DNA from: an uncultured Gemmataceae bacterium
GTDB taxonomy: Bacteria > Planctomycetota > Planctomycetia > Gemmatales > Gemmataceae
Assembly: GCA_963750165.1 (NCBI GenBank)
Contig: CAVVPN010000004.1
Coordinates: 64,001-128,000 of the forward strand
Direction: 5' to 3'
DNA length: 64,000 nucleotides
Numbering within the stretch: position 1 is the first letter of the stretch; each line of letters opens with the position of its first letter. Made by a program: the position numbers and the translations under genes. Shown here piece by piece: positions 40,856 through 51,619 of this stretch. The notes under the pieces were generated by a model, which was not told the origin of the DNA, searched no databases, and saw nothing but the letters and a program-made list of their open reading frames with translations.

Positions 40856-41317
40856 ATGAAAACCCGGTGGCTATTCCTCGTGACGGCGTTGGCGGAAGGG
40901 GGAACCGGGCTCGCCCTGCTTGTCACCCCCTCCGGCGTCGCGGAGTTGTTGCTGGGGGTCGGGCTCGATTCCCCGGCGGCCCTGGTCGTCGGTAGGATCA
41001 CCGGGGCCGCCCTGGTGAGTCTGAGTGTGGCCTGCTGGCCGCGGGACGGCGAACCCAGGGGACAGGTCGGGCTGCTCGTCGGCCTGCTCATTTACAACGC
41101 GGCCGTCCCGCTGCTGCTCATCTCGGCCGCCCTCTCCGCGGCGCTGCACGGGGTTGCCCTCTGGCCGGCGAGCCTGTTGCACACGGCCCTGGCCGTGTGG
41201 TGTGTCCTGTGCCTGGCCCTTCCCCGCCGCCGGGGGGCGCCGGAGGTCTACAGGCCCATTAGAGTCGTCATGAACTGGGGTTCACCCAGAGTTCATGAAA
41301 ATGGCCGCTACCACTGA
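40856..41317 (+). CDS. Small four-TM membrane protein
   Basis: LAEGGTGLALL...GLLIYN...LWPASLLH hydrophobic pattern. Confidence 0.7.
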   Translation: MKTRWLFLVTALAEGGTGLALLVTPSGVAELLLGVGLDSPAALVVGRITGAALVSLSVACWPRDGEPRGQVGLLVGLLIYNAAVPLLLISAALSAALHGVALWPASLLHTALAVWCVLCLALPRRRGAPEVYRPIRVVMNWGSPRVHENGRYH

Positions 41318-41574
41318 ACGTACTATCAGGAATGCGGCCTATTTACAGAGCAGTGGTTCGCAGACGACTGTAGCGGTCGTGTCTTTCGCCCCGAAGGGGC
41401 GGGACAACTTAGCGTACACCCGAAACCTTGCATTCTCATCAGGTCTGCGAGGCGCAGCGCGTCCCGCCTGCCGGCGTTCCCCAGAGTGGTTGGTCAGTTC
41501 GGGAGCGGATCGGGGTGTGGGAAGCCGGCAGCCCTCAGAAGCACAACACCCGTCTACGTCCCAGAGTTTCTGTT

Positions 41575-41690
41575 GAGGGGATGTTGGCCGGGCGGCGAGT
41601 CGGCCGATCCGGAACACCGCCCATAGTCCCAGGGGCCCACTGTAGAGTGCGGTGACGGGCCAGACGACGTTCATGATCCACATGCGCTCT
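41575..41690 (-). pseudogene. Fragment of a DUF4396-associated membrane protein N-terminus
   Basis: HMWIMNVVWPVTALYSGPLGLWAVFRIGR motif with no downstream continuation. Confidence 0.5.
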
Positions 41691-42578
41691 ACATCACCGC
41701 CGGCCTCACTGACCTGACCGAGGAGGCGATCGTTTACCTGTTCTGGTGGGGTCGGGGGAGACCGCCGGGTTCGGCGTCGGACCCTGGTCGCCTACCGTCC
41801 CTGGCTCGCATTGGCGTGCTGCTTGCAATCTGAGTCGGCTACCTTCTGAGCACGGTTCTCGGAGCACTGGCCGAGCGGCAGTGGCATTTTTCTGTCTGTT
41901 CGTCCTCATCGGCTGCCTGGCGCTGTTCGCCGTGATGGCCCTCGTCGCCCCGCTCGAGCGGCGCCCTACGACGGAGCCGAGTGAGCATCCTGTGGGGACC
42001 GGTCAGAAGGCCGCACTGTCCCAAGGTGATGCGATCCGTTCAACTCAGATCGTGGTGGACACTGCGAAGGCCCCGACAGGTGGACTGCAATTCAAAAATG
42101 CGGTGGCGACCAACTCGGGGGAGCGGATAACCAGAAAACCCCCTTGAACGATGAAACGGTGAGGATGAGCCAGTTCCTGCCCGCCGCAGTGCAATCCGTT
42201 GCTCAGGTGAGCCTGATTCGGGTCGAAAGAGCCCGTGGGGTGGGCTAATCCTGTCCGGCATCTCGCCAAAACCAGGTCAATAGAGTCAATTCCTTGCGCA
42301 ACAAAGCCAGCGACGCCAGGGGATAACAACAGCACGGCTACAGTCTCAAGGAGCAGGCTGTCTGAGGCCATACTTCAACAGCGGCTTCGGCAATGATCGC
42401 GGCACCGCTTTTGCTTTAACTACACAACAAATCGCAAGACCACGCCCCTCCTGAAACGCCGTCGATAACCGCCTTCGTCGTCACCCGGAAGCCAAGATGG
42501 ACCAATCCGCCCTCTCCTGGATCGCTTGATAGTCGTAGTTGCAGTGCGTGAAACTTCCAATGACGGAAAGGGGATAGC

Positions 42579-43238
42579 GTGGCCGCGCTCTTTCGCCCCC
42601 GCACCAACACCCTGGCCCGGGTCACCCTCTTTGGCGGCCCCCTGGCTCTCGCCTTCGTGCTCTGGGCCTGCCTGGTCTTTACGCGCTCCTCCTACGGGAC
42701 GGGCGCCCAGACGATTCGGGTGCAGCCCGTCCCGTTCAGTCACGCCCACCATGTGGGGGATCTCGGCATCGACTGTCGCTACTGCCACACCTCGGTCGAG
42801 CACGCCCCCAACGCGGGCATGCCGCCGACCGAGACCTGCATGCACTGCCACTCGCAAATCTGGGTCGGCAGTGACGAACTCAAGCCCGTGCGCGACAGCT
42901 ACCGCACCGGCAAGTCGATCGCGTGGCAGCGCGTCTACAACCTCCCGGGGTTCGTTTACTTCGACCACAGCATCCATGTCCACAAGGGCGTCGGCTGTAC
43001 CAGTTGCCACGGCCGCATCGACGAGATGCCGTTCACCTACCAGGTGCCGTCCCTGCTCATGGAGTGGTGTCTGGACTGCCACCGCCACCCTGAGCGGCAC
43101 CTGCGGCCGCAGAAGGACATCTTCAACATGAAGTGGCAGGCCCCCGAGGACCAGGCCGAGCGCGGTCGCGACCTGGTCCGGTCGTACCGCATCCGCGACA
43201 CTCACAGCCTAACCTCCTGCTCGGTGTGCCATCGATGA
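42579..43238 (+). CDS. actA: Alternative complex III pentaheme cytochrome c
   Basis: N-terminal TM, QPVPFSHAHH and five CxxCH motifs. Confidence 0.93.
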   Translation: MAALFRPRTNTLARVTLFGGPLALAFVLWACLVFTRSSYGTGAQTIRVQPVPFSHAHHVGDLGIDCRYCHTSVEHAPNAGMPPTETCMHCHSQIWVGSDELKPVRDSYRTGKSIAWQRVYNLPGFVYFDHSIHVHKGVGCTSCHGRIDEMPFTYQVPSLLMEWCLDCHRHPERHLRPQKDIFNMKWQAPEDQAERGRDLVRSYRIRDTHSLTSCSVCHR

Positions 43239-46200
43239 ACCCACGCAAGGATCTCCCCCCCAAGCTCGCCGTCCTGCAGCAGCGGTTGGGCGACGCGCGG
43301 GGCAAACAGTTCTGGCGCACGCTAGAGGAGGCGGCCGACACGGAAGCCTTTCAGGAGTTGTTGCGTCAGGAATTCCCCGAGCAACCGCTGCCGCCCCCCG
43401 GGCTGAGCCGGCGCCGCTTCCTGACGCTCATGGGGGCGTCACTGGCGCTGGCGGGGTTGGGCGGCTGCTCGGTGCGACCGGCCCCCAGCGGGACGATGGT
43501 CCCCCAGGCCCGCGCCCCGGAGACCTACGTCCCGGGCCGGCCGCTGTTCTTTGCCACCGCGATGTCCCTGAACGGCTCGGGCGTCGGCTTGCTGGTCGAG
43601 TCCCACATGGGCCGGCCCACGAAGATCGAGGGCAACCCCAACCACCCCGCCAGTCTGGGAGCCACCGACCCGTTCCACCAGGCATCCATCCTGACGCTCT
43701 ACGACCCCGACCGTTCGCAGACCGTCACCCACCTGGGCCGAACCGACACCTGGCAGGACGCCGTGGCAGCCCTGCGCGGCGTCACCCAGCGCCACCGCTC
43801 GCGGGACGGGGCCGGGTTGCGTCTGCTGACCGAGCCGGTCGCCTCGCCGACTCTCGGCGAACAGGCTCGAGCGTTTTTGCGGGCCTTTCCCCAGGCTAAG
43901 TGGCACCAGTACGAGCCACTGGCCCGGGACAATGCCCATCGCGCGGCGACCCTGGCGTTCAGCGAACCCGTCAACACCTACTACCGCTTCCACAATCTGG
44001 AACGCGGCGATCGGCTGGCCGACGTGGTCCTGGCACTGGACGCCGACTTTCTGACCTACGGCCCCGGCCACCTCCGCTACACTGCCGAGTTCATGGCCGG
44101 CCGTCGTGTACGGACGACGGGCGCCGGCGCCGGCCAGACCCAGATGAACCGGCTATACATGGTCGAACCATCGGTCAGCTGCACCGGGGCAAAGGCCGAC
44201 CACCGGCTCGCCGTGACCGCCTCAGAGGTGGAGATGATCGCCCGGGCAATCGCGGCTCGTCTGGACGTCCCGGGGTTAAGCCGGGACGCGGGTCCGCATG
44301 GTCACTGGGTCGATGCGGTGGCCCGCGACCTGCGACGGCACGGCGGTCACTCCGTCGTGCTCGCCGGGGACCGCCAGCCGCCGGCCGTCCATCTGCTGGC
44401 GCACGCCATGAACCACCGACTCGGGAATGTCGGGGCGACCGTCTTCCACACCGACCCGGTCCTTACCGACCCCGTCGATACCTCCGCGTCCCTGGCCGAA
44501 CTGGTTGAGGACATGCACCGCGGCCTGGTCGAGTCGCTCGTCATCCTGGGCGGCAACCCGGTGTACACCGCCCCCGTCGATCTAGGGTTCCGTGAGGCCC
44601 TGGAGCGGGTGCCGCTGCGCTTCCACCTGAGTCTGTACCAGGACGAGACCTCGCGGCAGTGTCATTGGCACCTGCCCGAGGCCCATTACCTGGAGGCGTG
44701 GGGCGATGCCCGCGCCTTCGACGGCACCGAGGCCATCGCCCAACCGCTCATCGCCCCGCTCTACGAGGGGATGTCCGCCCTGGAAGTGCTGGCGCTGTTG
44801 CGCGACGGCCGGCGCACGCCCGGCTACGAACTCGTCCGAACCCACCGGCGACAACGCCACGGCGGCACCGGCAATTTCGAGGAATTCTGGCAGTCGGCGG
44901 TGCATGACGGCGTGGTGCCGGACACGCTCCTCTCAGCAAGAAATGTCTCGCTGGCCACGGGGTGGGAGGGCCGGATTCCAGCGGCCCCGGCGGGCGGAAA
45001 TGTCGGGCAGGGGAACTACGAGTTGGTGTTCGAGCCGGACCCGACGATCCTGGACGGCAGTTTTGCCAACAACGGCTGGCTGCAGGAACTGCCCAAGCCT
45101 GTAACCAAGCTCACCTGGGACAACGCCGCTCTCATGAGTCCGGCAACGGCCCGGGCACTCGGCGTCGGCCTGGGCAGCTATGCCCACGGCGGCGAGCACG
45201 GGGGCTATCACCCCGACATCGTCGATCTGCGGCTCGGCGACCGCACCGTCCGCGCTCCCATCTGGATCGTGCCCGGCCATGCCGACGGCTGCATCATGGT
45301 ATCGCTCGGCTACGGCCGGGAGAGTGCCGGGCGGGTGGGTGGCAACGCGGAGGAGTCGGTTGGCTTCAACGCCTACCTGCTGCGGACTCGGACACGCCCA
45401 TGGTTTGCCCCGGGGCTGAGGGTCACCCCGACCGGAATCCACACGCGCATCGCCTGCACGCAGCAGCACCACCTGATGGAGAACCGCCACCTGGTCCGAA
45501 GTGCCACACTCGGTCACTACCAGCGCACGCCGGGCTTCGCCGCCGAACCCGAGGAGGAGGAGTTGCGTGAGCAGACGCGGCGCGGCGTGCGGCGGCCGCT
45601 CACCCTGTACGAGCCCTACGAGTACACCGGCCACAAGTGGGGCATGGCCATCGACCTGACCACATGCACCGGCTGCAGCGCCTGCGTCGTCGCCTGCATG
45701 GCGGAGAACAACATCCCTGTCGTTGGCAAGGACCAGGTGGCCCGCGGCCGTGAAATGCACTGGCTGCGCATCGACCGCTACCTCTCGGGCCCCGTTGAGG
45801 CCCCGCGCGAGTTCCACTTCCAGCCGCTGCCGTGCATGCACTGCGAACACGCCCCGTGCGAGTACGTCTGTCCCACCGAGGCCACGGTCCACAGCGCCGA
45901 GGGCCTGAACGACATGGTGTACCAGCGCTGCGTCGGCACACGGTTCTGCTCGAACAACTGCCCCTACAAGGTCCGCCGCTTCAACTTTTACTTCTACGCC
46001 GACTACACGACCGAGTCGCGGCGGTTGCAGTACAACCCCGACGTGACCGTCCGCAGTCGCGGCGTCATGGAAAAGTGCTCCTACTGCGTGCAGCGCATCC
46101 GCCGTGCCGAGATTGACGCCCAGGTCCAGAACCGGCCGATCGCCGATGGCGAGATTCTCACGGCCTGCCAGGCCGTCTGCCCGGCCGGCGCCATCGTCTT

Positions 46201-46348
46201 CGGGGACATCAACGACCGCACCAGTGACGTGCGGCGCTGGAAGGACACGCCCCTCAACTACGGCCTGTTGACCGAACTGAATACCCAACCGCGCACAACG
46301 TACCTGGCCGCGCTGCGGAACCCGAACCCTGATCTGGAGGCGGACTAG
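43235..46348 (+). CDS. actB: Alternative complex III molybdopterin-oxidoreductase-like / Fe-S subunit
   Basis: Tat motif SRRRFL followed by GC, GRPTKIEGNPNHP, and C-terminal ferredoxin cysteines (CTGCSACVVAC, CMHCEHAPC, CVGTRFC, CSYC). Confidence 0.95.
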   Translation: MNPRKDLPPKLAVLQQRLGDARGKQFWRTLEEAADTEAFQELLRQEFPEQPLPPPGLSRRRFLTLMGASLALAGLGGCSVRPAPSGTMVPQARAPETYVPGRPLFFATAMSLNGSGVGLLVESHMGRPTKIEGNPNHPASLGATDPFHQASILTLYDPDRSQTVTHLGRTDTWQDAVAALRGVTQRHRSRDGAGLRLLTEPVASPTLGEQARAFLRAFPQAKWHQYEPLARDNAHRAATLAFSEPVNTYYRFHNLERGDRLADVVLALDADFLTYGPGHLRYTAEFMAGRRVRTTGAGAGQTQMNRLYMVEPSVSCTGAKADHRLAVTASEVEMIARAIAARLDVPGLSRDAGPHGHWVDAVARDLRRHGGHSVVLAGDRQPPAVHLLAHAMNHRLGNVGATVFHTDPVLTDPVDTSASLAELVEDMHRGLVESLVILGGNPVYTAPVDLGFREALERVPLRFHLSLYQDETSRQCHWHLPEAHYLEAWGDARAFDGTEAIAQPLIAPLYEGMSALEVLALLRDGRRTPGYELVRTHRRQRHGGTGNFEEFWQSAVHDGVVPDTLLSARNVSLATGWEGRIPAAPAGGNVGQGNYELVFEPDPTILDGSFANNGWLQELPKPVTKLTWDNAALMSPATARALGVGLGSYAHGGEHGGYHPDIVDLRLGDRTVRAPIWIVPGHADGCIMVSLGYGRESAGRVGGNAEESVGFNAYLLRTRTRPWFAPGLRVTPTGIHTRIACTQQHHLMENRHLVRSATLGHYQRTPGFAAEPEEEELREQTRRGVRRPLTLYEPYEYTGHKWGMAIDLTTCTGCSACVVACMAENNIPVVGKDQVARGREMHWLRIDRYLSGPVEAPREFHFQPLPCMHCEHAPCEYVCPTEATVHSAEGLNDMVYQRCVGTRFCSNNCPYKVRRFNFYFYADYTTESRRLQYNPDVTVRSRGVMEKCSYCVQRIRRAEIDAQVQNRPIADGEILTACQAVCPAGAIVFGDINDRTSDVRRWKDTPLNYGLLTELNTQPRTTYLAALRNPNPDLEAD

Positions 46349-46349
46349 C

Positions 46350-47762
46350 ATGGCGACGGACACCTCTTCGCCCCCGGGCGTCCCCGGAGAGCCTCCCGTA
46401 CAGGGAGAGGCGTCCCCGTTCGCCCCGCACGGCCACACTTTCCGTTCCGTCACGGACAAGATCAGCGCGATTGTCCTGGGTCGCGCTGCGGACCAGGGCT
46501 GGAAGCTGTCCTTCGGTGCCAGCACCCTGCTGTTCCTGGTCTTCGTTGGCGTCATCATTTACCTGATCTCCGTCGGCGTCGGCATCTGGGGCATCGACAT
46601 CCCCGTCGCCTGGGGCTTCGCCATCACGAGCTTCGTCTGGTGGATCGGCATCGGCCACGCCGGCACCCTGATCTCGGCCATCCTGCTGCTCATGCACCAG
46701 AAGTGGCGGACGTCGATCAACCGCGTTGCGGAGGCCATGACCATCTTCGCCGTCATGTGTGCCGGCGTTTTCCCACTACTCCACCTGGGTCGGCCGTGGT
46801 TCTTCTACTGGCTGTTGCCTTACCCCAACACGATGGGCCTGTGGCCGCAGTTCCGCAGTGCCCTCATCTGGGACGTGTTCGCCGTCAGCACCTACTTCAC
46901 CATCTCGTTGCTGTTCTGGTACATGGGTATGATCCCCGACCTGGGCACGCTGCGTGATCGTGCGAAGTCCCTGCGGGCGCGGCGCATCTACGGCGTGCTG
47001 GCGATGGGCTGGCGCAACTCCGCCCGACACTGGCAGCGCTACGAGTCGGCCTATCTGATTCTCGCCGGCCTGGCGACGCCGCTGGTCGTGTCCGTACACT
47101 CGGTCGTCAGTTCCGACTTCGCCATCTCGCAGGTCCCCGGCTGGCACGAGACCGTCTTCCCGCCCTACTTCGTCGCCGGGGCCATCTTCTCGGGCTTCGC
47201 GATGGTTTTGGTCCTGGCCATCATCCTGCGCCGCGCCTACGCCCTGCAGGACTTCATCACCACCAACCACCTGGAGGTGATGGGTAAAATCCTGATCGCG
47301 ACCAGTCTCCTGACCTCCTACGGCTACATGAGCGAGCAGTTCATGGCCTGGTACGGGGGAGACCTCCCGGAGTCGTACCAGTACCTGTTCCGACTCATCG
47401 GCTTCGGCCAGTACGCGGTGCTTGCCTGGCTCATCCTGCTGTGCAACACCATCATCCCGCAAGTGCTGTGGATCCCGTCGGTCCGGCGCAGTCCGACGGC
47501 CCTGTTCCTGGTGTCCCTGGCCGTGCTGCTGGGCATGTGGCTGGAGCGTTATTTCATCATCTGCTCCAGCCTGAGCCGAGACTTTTTGCCGTCGTCGTGG
47601 GGCATGTTCTATCCGACCATCTGGGACTTCCTGACGTTCTTCGGCTCAGTCGGGATGTTCCTGGTCCTGTTCCTGCTGTTCCTGCGCCTGGCCCCGGTGA
47701 TCTCCATCGCCGAGATGCGCGGCCTGGTGCCGGGGTCGCAGGCCCACGAGGAGGGGCGATGA
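46350..47762 (+). CDS. actC: Alternative complex III NrfD-family quinol-binding subunit
   Basis: FVWWIGIGHAGTLISA, HLGRPW, SVHSVVS, GMWLER. Confidence 0.95.
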   Translation: MATDTSSPPGVPGEPPVQGEASPFAPHGHTFRSVTDKISAIVLGRAADQGWKLSFGASTLLFLVFVGVIIYLISVGVGIWGIDIPVAWGFAITSFVWWIGIGHAGTLISAILLLMHQKWRTSINRVAEAMTIFAVMCAGVFPLLHLGRPWFFYWLLPYPNTMGLWPQFRSALIWDVFAVSTYFTISLLFWYMGMIPDLGTLRDRAKSLRARRIYGVLAMGWRNSARHWQRYESAYLILAGLATPLVVSVHSVVSSDFAISQVPGWHETVFPPYFVAGAIFSGFAMVLVLAIILRRAYALQDFITTNHLEVMGKILIATSLLTSYGYMSEQFMAWYGGDLPESYQYLFRLIGFGQYAVLAWLILLCNTIIPQVLWIPSVRRSPTALFLVSLAVLLGMWLERYFIICSSLSRDFLPSSWGMFYPTIWDFLTFFGSVGMFLVLFLLFLRLAPVISIAEMRGLVPGSQAHEEGR

Positions 47763-48369
47763 AACCGCGCACCCCGATCCACGGCGTGATGGCTGAGTTC
47801 GAGACGCCGAAGGCCGTCCTGGAGGCGACGCGCCGCGCCGCGCGGCGGGCTACTGTGACATGGACGCCTACACTCCCTACCCGGTCGAAGGCCTGGCGGC
47901 CGAACTCGGACTGCGGCGCACCCGGGTCCCCTTCGTCGTGTTGGTGGCGGGCCTGGTCGGGGCGGCCTCGGGCTACTTCATGCAGTGGTATTCGATGGCG
48001 GTCGATTACCGCTTTAACTCCGGCGGTAAGCCGCCGAACAGCTGGCCCGCCTTCCTCCCGATCACGTTCGAGGTCATGGTGCTGGTGGCGGGCTTCGCAA
48101 CCCTGTTCGCCATGCTGTTGCTCAACGGCTTGCCGCAGCCGTATCACCCTGTATTCAACGTGCCGTACTTCGTCGAGGCCAGCCAGTACCGCTTTTTCCT
48201 GTGCATCGAGGCGACCGACCCGAAGTTCGACCGCGAGGCGACCCGCCAGTTCCTCGCGGGCCTGGGTCCCATGCAGGTGCTGGAGGTGCCTCACTACGAA
48301 GACACGGTGCGGGCCGAGGCCGAGGCGGCGCTGGCCGCCGCGAGCGGCGACGGGAGGGCCATCCCATGA
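47759..48369 (+). CDS. actD: Alternative complex III DUF3341 subunit; frameshift near 47845
   Basis: GVMAEFETP then, in another frame, DAYTPYPVEGL...GGKP..SWPAFLPITFE...LNGLPQPYHPVF. Confidence 0.9.
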
Positions 48370-49085
48370 CCACCCCCCGCCGACTCGAACTGCTGCTGCC
48401 GGCGCTGGCGTGCGTCCTGCTGCCCGCGTGTCAGCAACGCATGGCGAGCCAGCCGAGTTCTCGGCCGTATGAGCCGAGTACCTTCTTCGAGGACGGCCGC
48501 GCCGAACGGCCGCGGGTGCTGGGCACGGTGGCGCGCGGCCATCTGCATACCGACTCCTACCTGTTCAAGGGCCGTCGCCCCGACCCGGTCCGTCGCCCCG
48601 ACTTTGCCGCGACCGTTGTCGGAGCGTTCGGCGGCAACCCCCTGGGTATCGTCACCCTCGCGGTCGCCGAGCGGGACACCGAGGACGAGTTGACCCTTGT
48701 CACTGAGTTCCCATTCCCGGTCAACAAATCGACACTGGAGCACGGCCGTAACCGCTTCATGATTTACTGCTACGTCTGTCATGACGCCCTTGGCACCGGC
48801 CACGGCATGATCGTGCAGCGCGGCTACACACCGCCGCCGTCCTACCACAGTGAGCGGCTGCGCAAGGCCCCCGTCGGCCACTTCTTCAAGGTCATCACGC
48901 ACGGCTACGGCTCGATGCCGTCGTACCGCAATCAGGTGCCGCCGCGCGACCGCTGGGCCATCATCGCCTACATTCGCGCCCTGCAGCTCAGCCAGCGCTA
49001 TCCGGCCGACCAGCTGACGGAGACGATGCGCGCCGAGTGGTCTGAGCAGCGCCGGGCCGACGCGGCAGGAGGGCAGGCGCCATGA
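48366..49085 (+). CDS. actE: Alternative complex III monoheme cytochrome c lipoprotein
   Basis: Lipobox LPAC, CYVCH, GYGSMPSY, DRWAIIAYIRALQ. Confidence 0.92.
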   Translation: MTTPRRLELLLPALACVLLPACQQRMASQPSSRPYEPSTFFEDGRAERPRVLGTVARGHLHTDSYLFKGRRPDPVRRPDFAATVVGAFGGNPLGIVTLAVAERDTEDELTLVTEFPFPVNKSTLEHGRNRFMIYCYVCHDALGTGHGMIVQRGYTPPPSYHSERLRKAPVGHFFKVITHGYGSMPSYRNQVPPRDRWAIIAYIRALQLSQRYPADQLTETMRAEWSEQRRADAAGGQAP

Positions 49086-50305
49086 CCACGCTGCCCCAGG
49101 AACGCCGGCGCGACCTCACCCGGGTGCTGTGGGCGGCCCTGGCCGTCGGCGTCATCGCCTCCGGCGTCTGTGTGGTTGGCCTGTTCGCCAACCCGATGCA
49201 GTTCTGCCGCGCCTACCTGGTCGCCTACCTGTTCTGGCTGGGGATTGCCCACGGCTGCTTCGTCGTGCTCATGATCTATCACCTCACCGGCGGGGCGTGG
49301 GGCTACCTCATCCGCCGCATCCTCGAGGCGGCAATGGGGACAATGCCGCTGCTGGCCCTGCTCTTCCTGCCGATCGGCTTCGGCGCCGCCGAGTTGTATG
49401 ACTGGGCCCGGCCGGAGGAAGTGGCGGCCAGTCAGAGCCTGCAGCACAAGGAGATTTACCTCAACGTGGTCTTCTTCTGGGTCCGGGCCGGCATCTACTT
49501 CACCCTCTGGGTGGGGACTGCCTACTTGCTCGGCTCGTGGTCGCGGCGGCAGGATCTCACGGGCGACCCGCTGTTGACGAAGCGGATGTGGCAGCTGAGC
49601 GGGCCGGGGCTGGTGATGTTCGGCATCACCATCACATTCGCGTCGGTGGACTGGGTGATGTCGCTGCAGCCGGGCTTCCGCTCGTCCATCTTCGGGCCGC
49701 TGTTCGCCAGCGGCGAAATCCTCTCGGCCTTCGCCGGCGTTCTGATCGTGTTCGCCTGGCTGGCCCTGCGCACCCCCCTCGGGGAAGCCCTCTCGGTCGA
49801 GGCCCTCAACGATCTCGGCAACCTGCTGTTCACCTTCCTGATCATCTGGGCGTACCTGACTTTCTTCCAGTTCATGCTCATCTGGATGGCCAACCTGCGC
49901 TATGACGTGATCTGGTATCTGCCGCGCGTCCAGGGCGGCTGGCGCTGGGTGGCGTGGGCCCTCCTCTTTTTCCACCTGATTTTGCCGTTCTTCCTGCTGC
50001 TGTCGCGCGACGTGAAACGCAACCCGCAGGCGCTGGGGTGGCTGGGTGGGCTCCTGTTCGTTATGCACCTGGTCTACGTGTACTTCCAGATCCTGCCGGT
50101 CTTCCCCGGCACGACACTGGCCGACTACTGGATGGACTTCGTCGCCCCGTTCGGCGTGGGCGGGTTGTGGCTGACGTACTTCCTGTGGAACCTGATGGCC
50201 GCGCCGGTGCTGGCGCCGCACGACCCGAACCGGGAGACGGCCCTGCATTACGAACGCCACGACCTGGAGGAGGCGGCCCGGGAGCGGGAGGTGCAGCATG
50301 GTTGA
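49082..50305 (+). CDS. actF: Alternative complex III membrane subunit
   Basis: LTGGAWG, DWVMSL.P.F.S, DLGNLL, QFMLIW.ANL; about 10 TM helices. Confidence 0.92.
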   Translation: MTTLPQERRRDLTRVLWAALAVGVIASGVCVVGLFANPMQFCRAYLVAYLFWLGIAHGCFVVLMIYHLTGGAWGYLIRRILEAAMGTMPLLALLFLPIGFGAAELYDWARPEEVAASQSLQHKEIYLNVVFFWVRAGIYFTLWVGTAYLLGSWSRRQDLTGDPLLTKRMWQLSGPGLVMFGITITFASVDWVMSLQPGFRSSIFGPLFASGEILSAFAGVLIVFAWLALRTPLGEALSVEALNDLGNLLFTFLIIWAYLTFFQFMLIWMANLRYDVIWYLPRVQGGWRWVAWALLFFHLILPFFLLLSRDVKRNPQALGWLGGLLFVMHLVYVYFQILPVFPGTTLADYWMDFVAPFGVGGLWLTYFLWNLMAAPVLAPHDPNRETALHYERHDLEEAAREREVQHG

Positions 50306-50819
50306 CATCGTTCAACAAGATGGGCCGCCCCGACACCCCTCGGTTCGCTACGAGCCGAAGGACGCCAACTTCCGCTGGATCATCGGCCTGATCCTCGCGG
50401 CGATCACGTTCGGGGTCTTCCTGCAGTTTACCGTCTGGGACTTCTTCCGCGGTGAGCGCGACCGACTGGCCGACACGCGGCGGTCGAAGTACCCACTGGC
50501 CCCCCGGCCGTCCACCGCCCTGCCGCCCGAACCGCGCCTGGAGCAACTCGACCGCCTCCGGGGTGATGAGGTGGTGAACGTCTACGTCCGGCAAGAACTG
50601 AAGCTGGACCGACTCAGCCGCTACGGACAGGCCGACGAGAAGTGGTACGTGCATATCCCCATCGACCGGGCGATGGAGGTGTTGGGGACCGGGAAACAGT
50701 TGCCGGCGCGGAGCGAACAGGCGGGGGGCAAGCCGCGCGACCTCGGACTCGTGGACGGGGGTGAGCCGAACTCAGGCCGCATGTTCAACCGGAGGAAACC
50801 GCGATGGTCCGTCCCTTGA
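50298..50819 (+). CDS. ActG-like single-TM subunit
   Basis: YEPKD, a TM segment, PPEPRL and HIPIDRAM; position after actF. Confidence 0.75.
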   Translation: MVDIVQQDGPPRHPSVRYEPKDANFRWIIGLILAAITFGVFLQFTVWDFFRGERDRLADTRRSKYPLAPRPSTALPPEPRLEQLDRLRGDEVVNVYVRQELKLDRLSRYGQADEKWYVHIPIDRAMEVLGTGKQLPARSEQAGGKPRDLGLVDGGEPNSGRMFNRRKPRWSVP

Positions 50820-51619
50820 TCGCCGCCCTCATCCTGACACTCGGAGCCGGCGCCGTGTGGGGTCAGTCCGCGCTGCCGCCCGCCCTCCGCGGCGTGGACT
50901 TCGAGCAAAAGCTCGACGCCCAGCTGCCCCTGGACCTGGCCTTCCGCGACGAGGCTGGGCGCGACATCACCCTGCGCGAGTACTTCGACGGCAAGCCGGT
51001 GATCCTGGTGCTGGCCTACTTCCGCTGCCCGATGCTTTGTGACCAGGTGCTCAACGGAATGGCACGGGCGATGCTCGATCTGCCCTTCGACGCCGGCAAG
51101 GAGTACCGCGTCCTGACCGTCAGCTTCGACCCGGAGGAGACGCCGGAGATGGCGCGGGCCAAGAAAAAAACTTACCTCGATCGCTACGGCCGGCCCGGGG
51201 CCGCTGACGGCTGGCACTTCCTGACAGGCTCGGCCGAGTCGATCCGACGCCTGACCGACGCCGTCGGCTTTCGCTACCGCTGGGACGAACGCCACCAGCA
51301 GTATGCGCACGCCGCCGGCATCGTCGTGCTCACTCCGTCCGGCAAGGTGTCGAAGTACTTTCGCGATGTCCGCTATTCGCCGCGCGACCTCCGACTCGGA
51401 CTGGTGGAGGCGTCGGAGAACCGCATCGGCACGCCCGCCGACCAGGTACTGCTGTTCTGCTTCCACTATGACCCGGAGGAAGGCCGCTACGGGCCGGCGG
51501 TCATGAACTTCGTGCGGCTTGGGGGCGTGCTGACGGTGCTCGGCGTCGGCGTGTTTGCGCTCGTGCTCTGGCGCCGTGAGTGGCGGCGGGCCCGGCGGCC
51601 GGCGGTGGAGGTGAAGTGA
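50804..51619 (+). CDS. SCO/SenC family protein
   Basis: CPMLC, SFDP, HAAG. Confidence 0.92.
   Translation: MVRPLIAALILTLGAGAVWGQSALPPALRGVDFEQKLDAQLPLDLAFRDEAGRDITLREYFDGKPVILVLAYFRCPMLCDQVLNGMARAMLDLPFDAGKEYRVLTVSFDPEETPEMARAKKKTYLDRYGRPGAADGWHFLTGSAESIRRLTDAVGFRYRWDERHQQYAHAAGIVVLTPSGKVSKYFRDVRYSPRDLRLGLVEASENRIGTPADQVLLFCFHYDPEEGRYGPAVMNFVRLGGVLTVLGVGVFALVLWRREWRRARRPAVEVK

Noticed and set aside
41746..42625. Short ORFs upstream of actA
   Set aside because: Atypical codon usage, no motifs and mutually overlapping; not supportable as genes.
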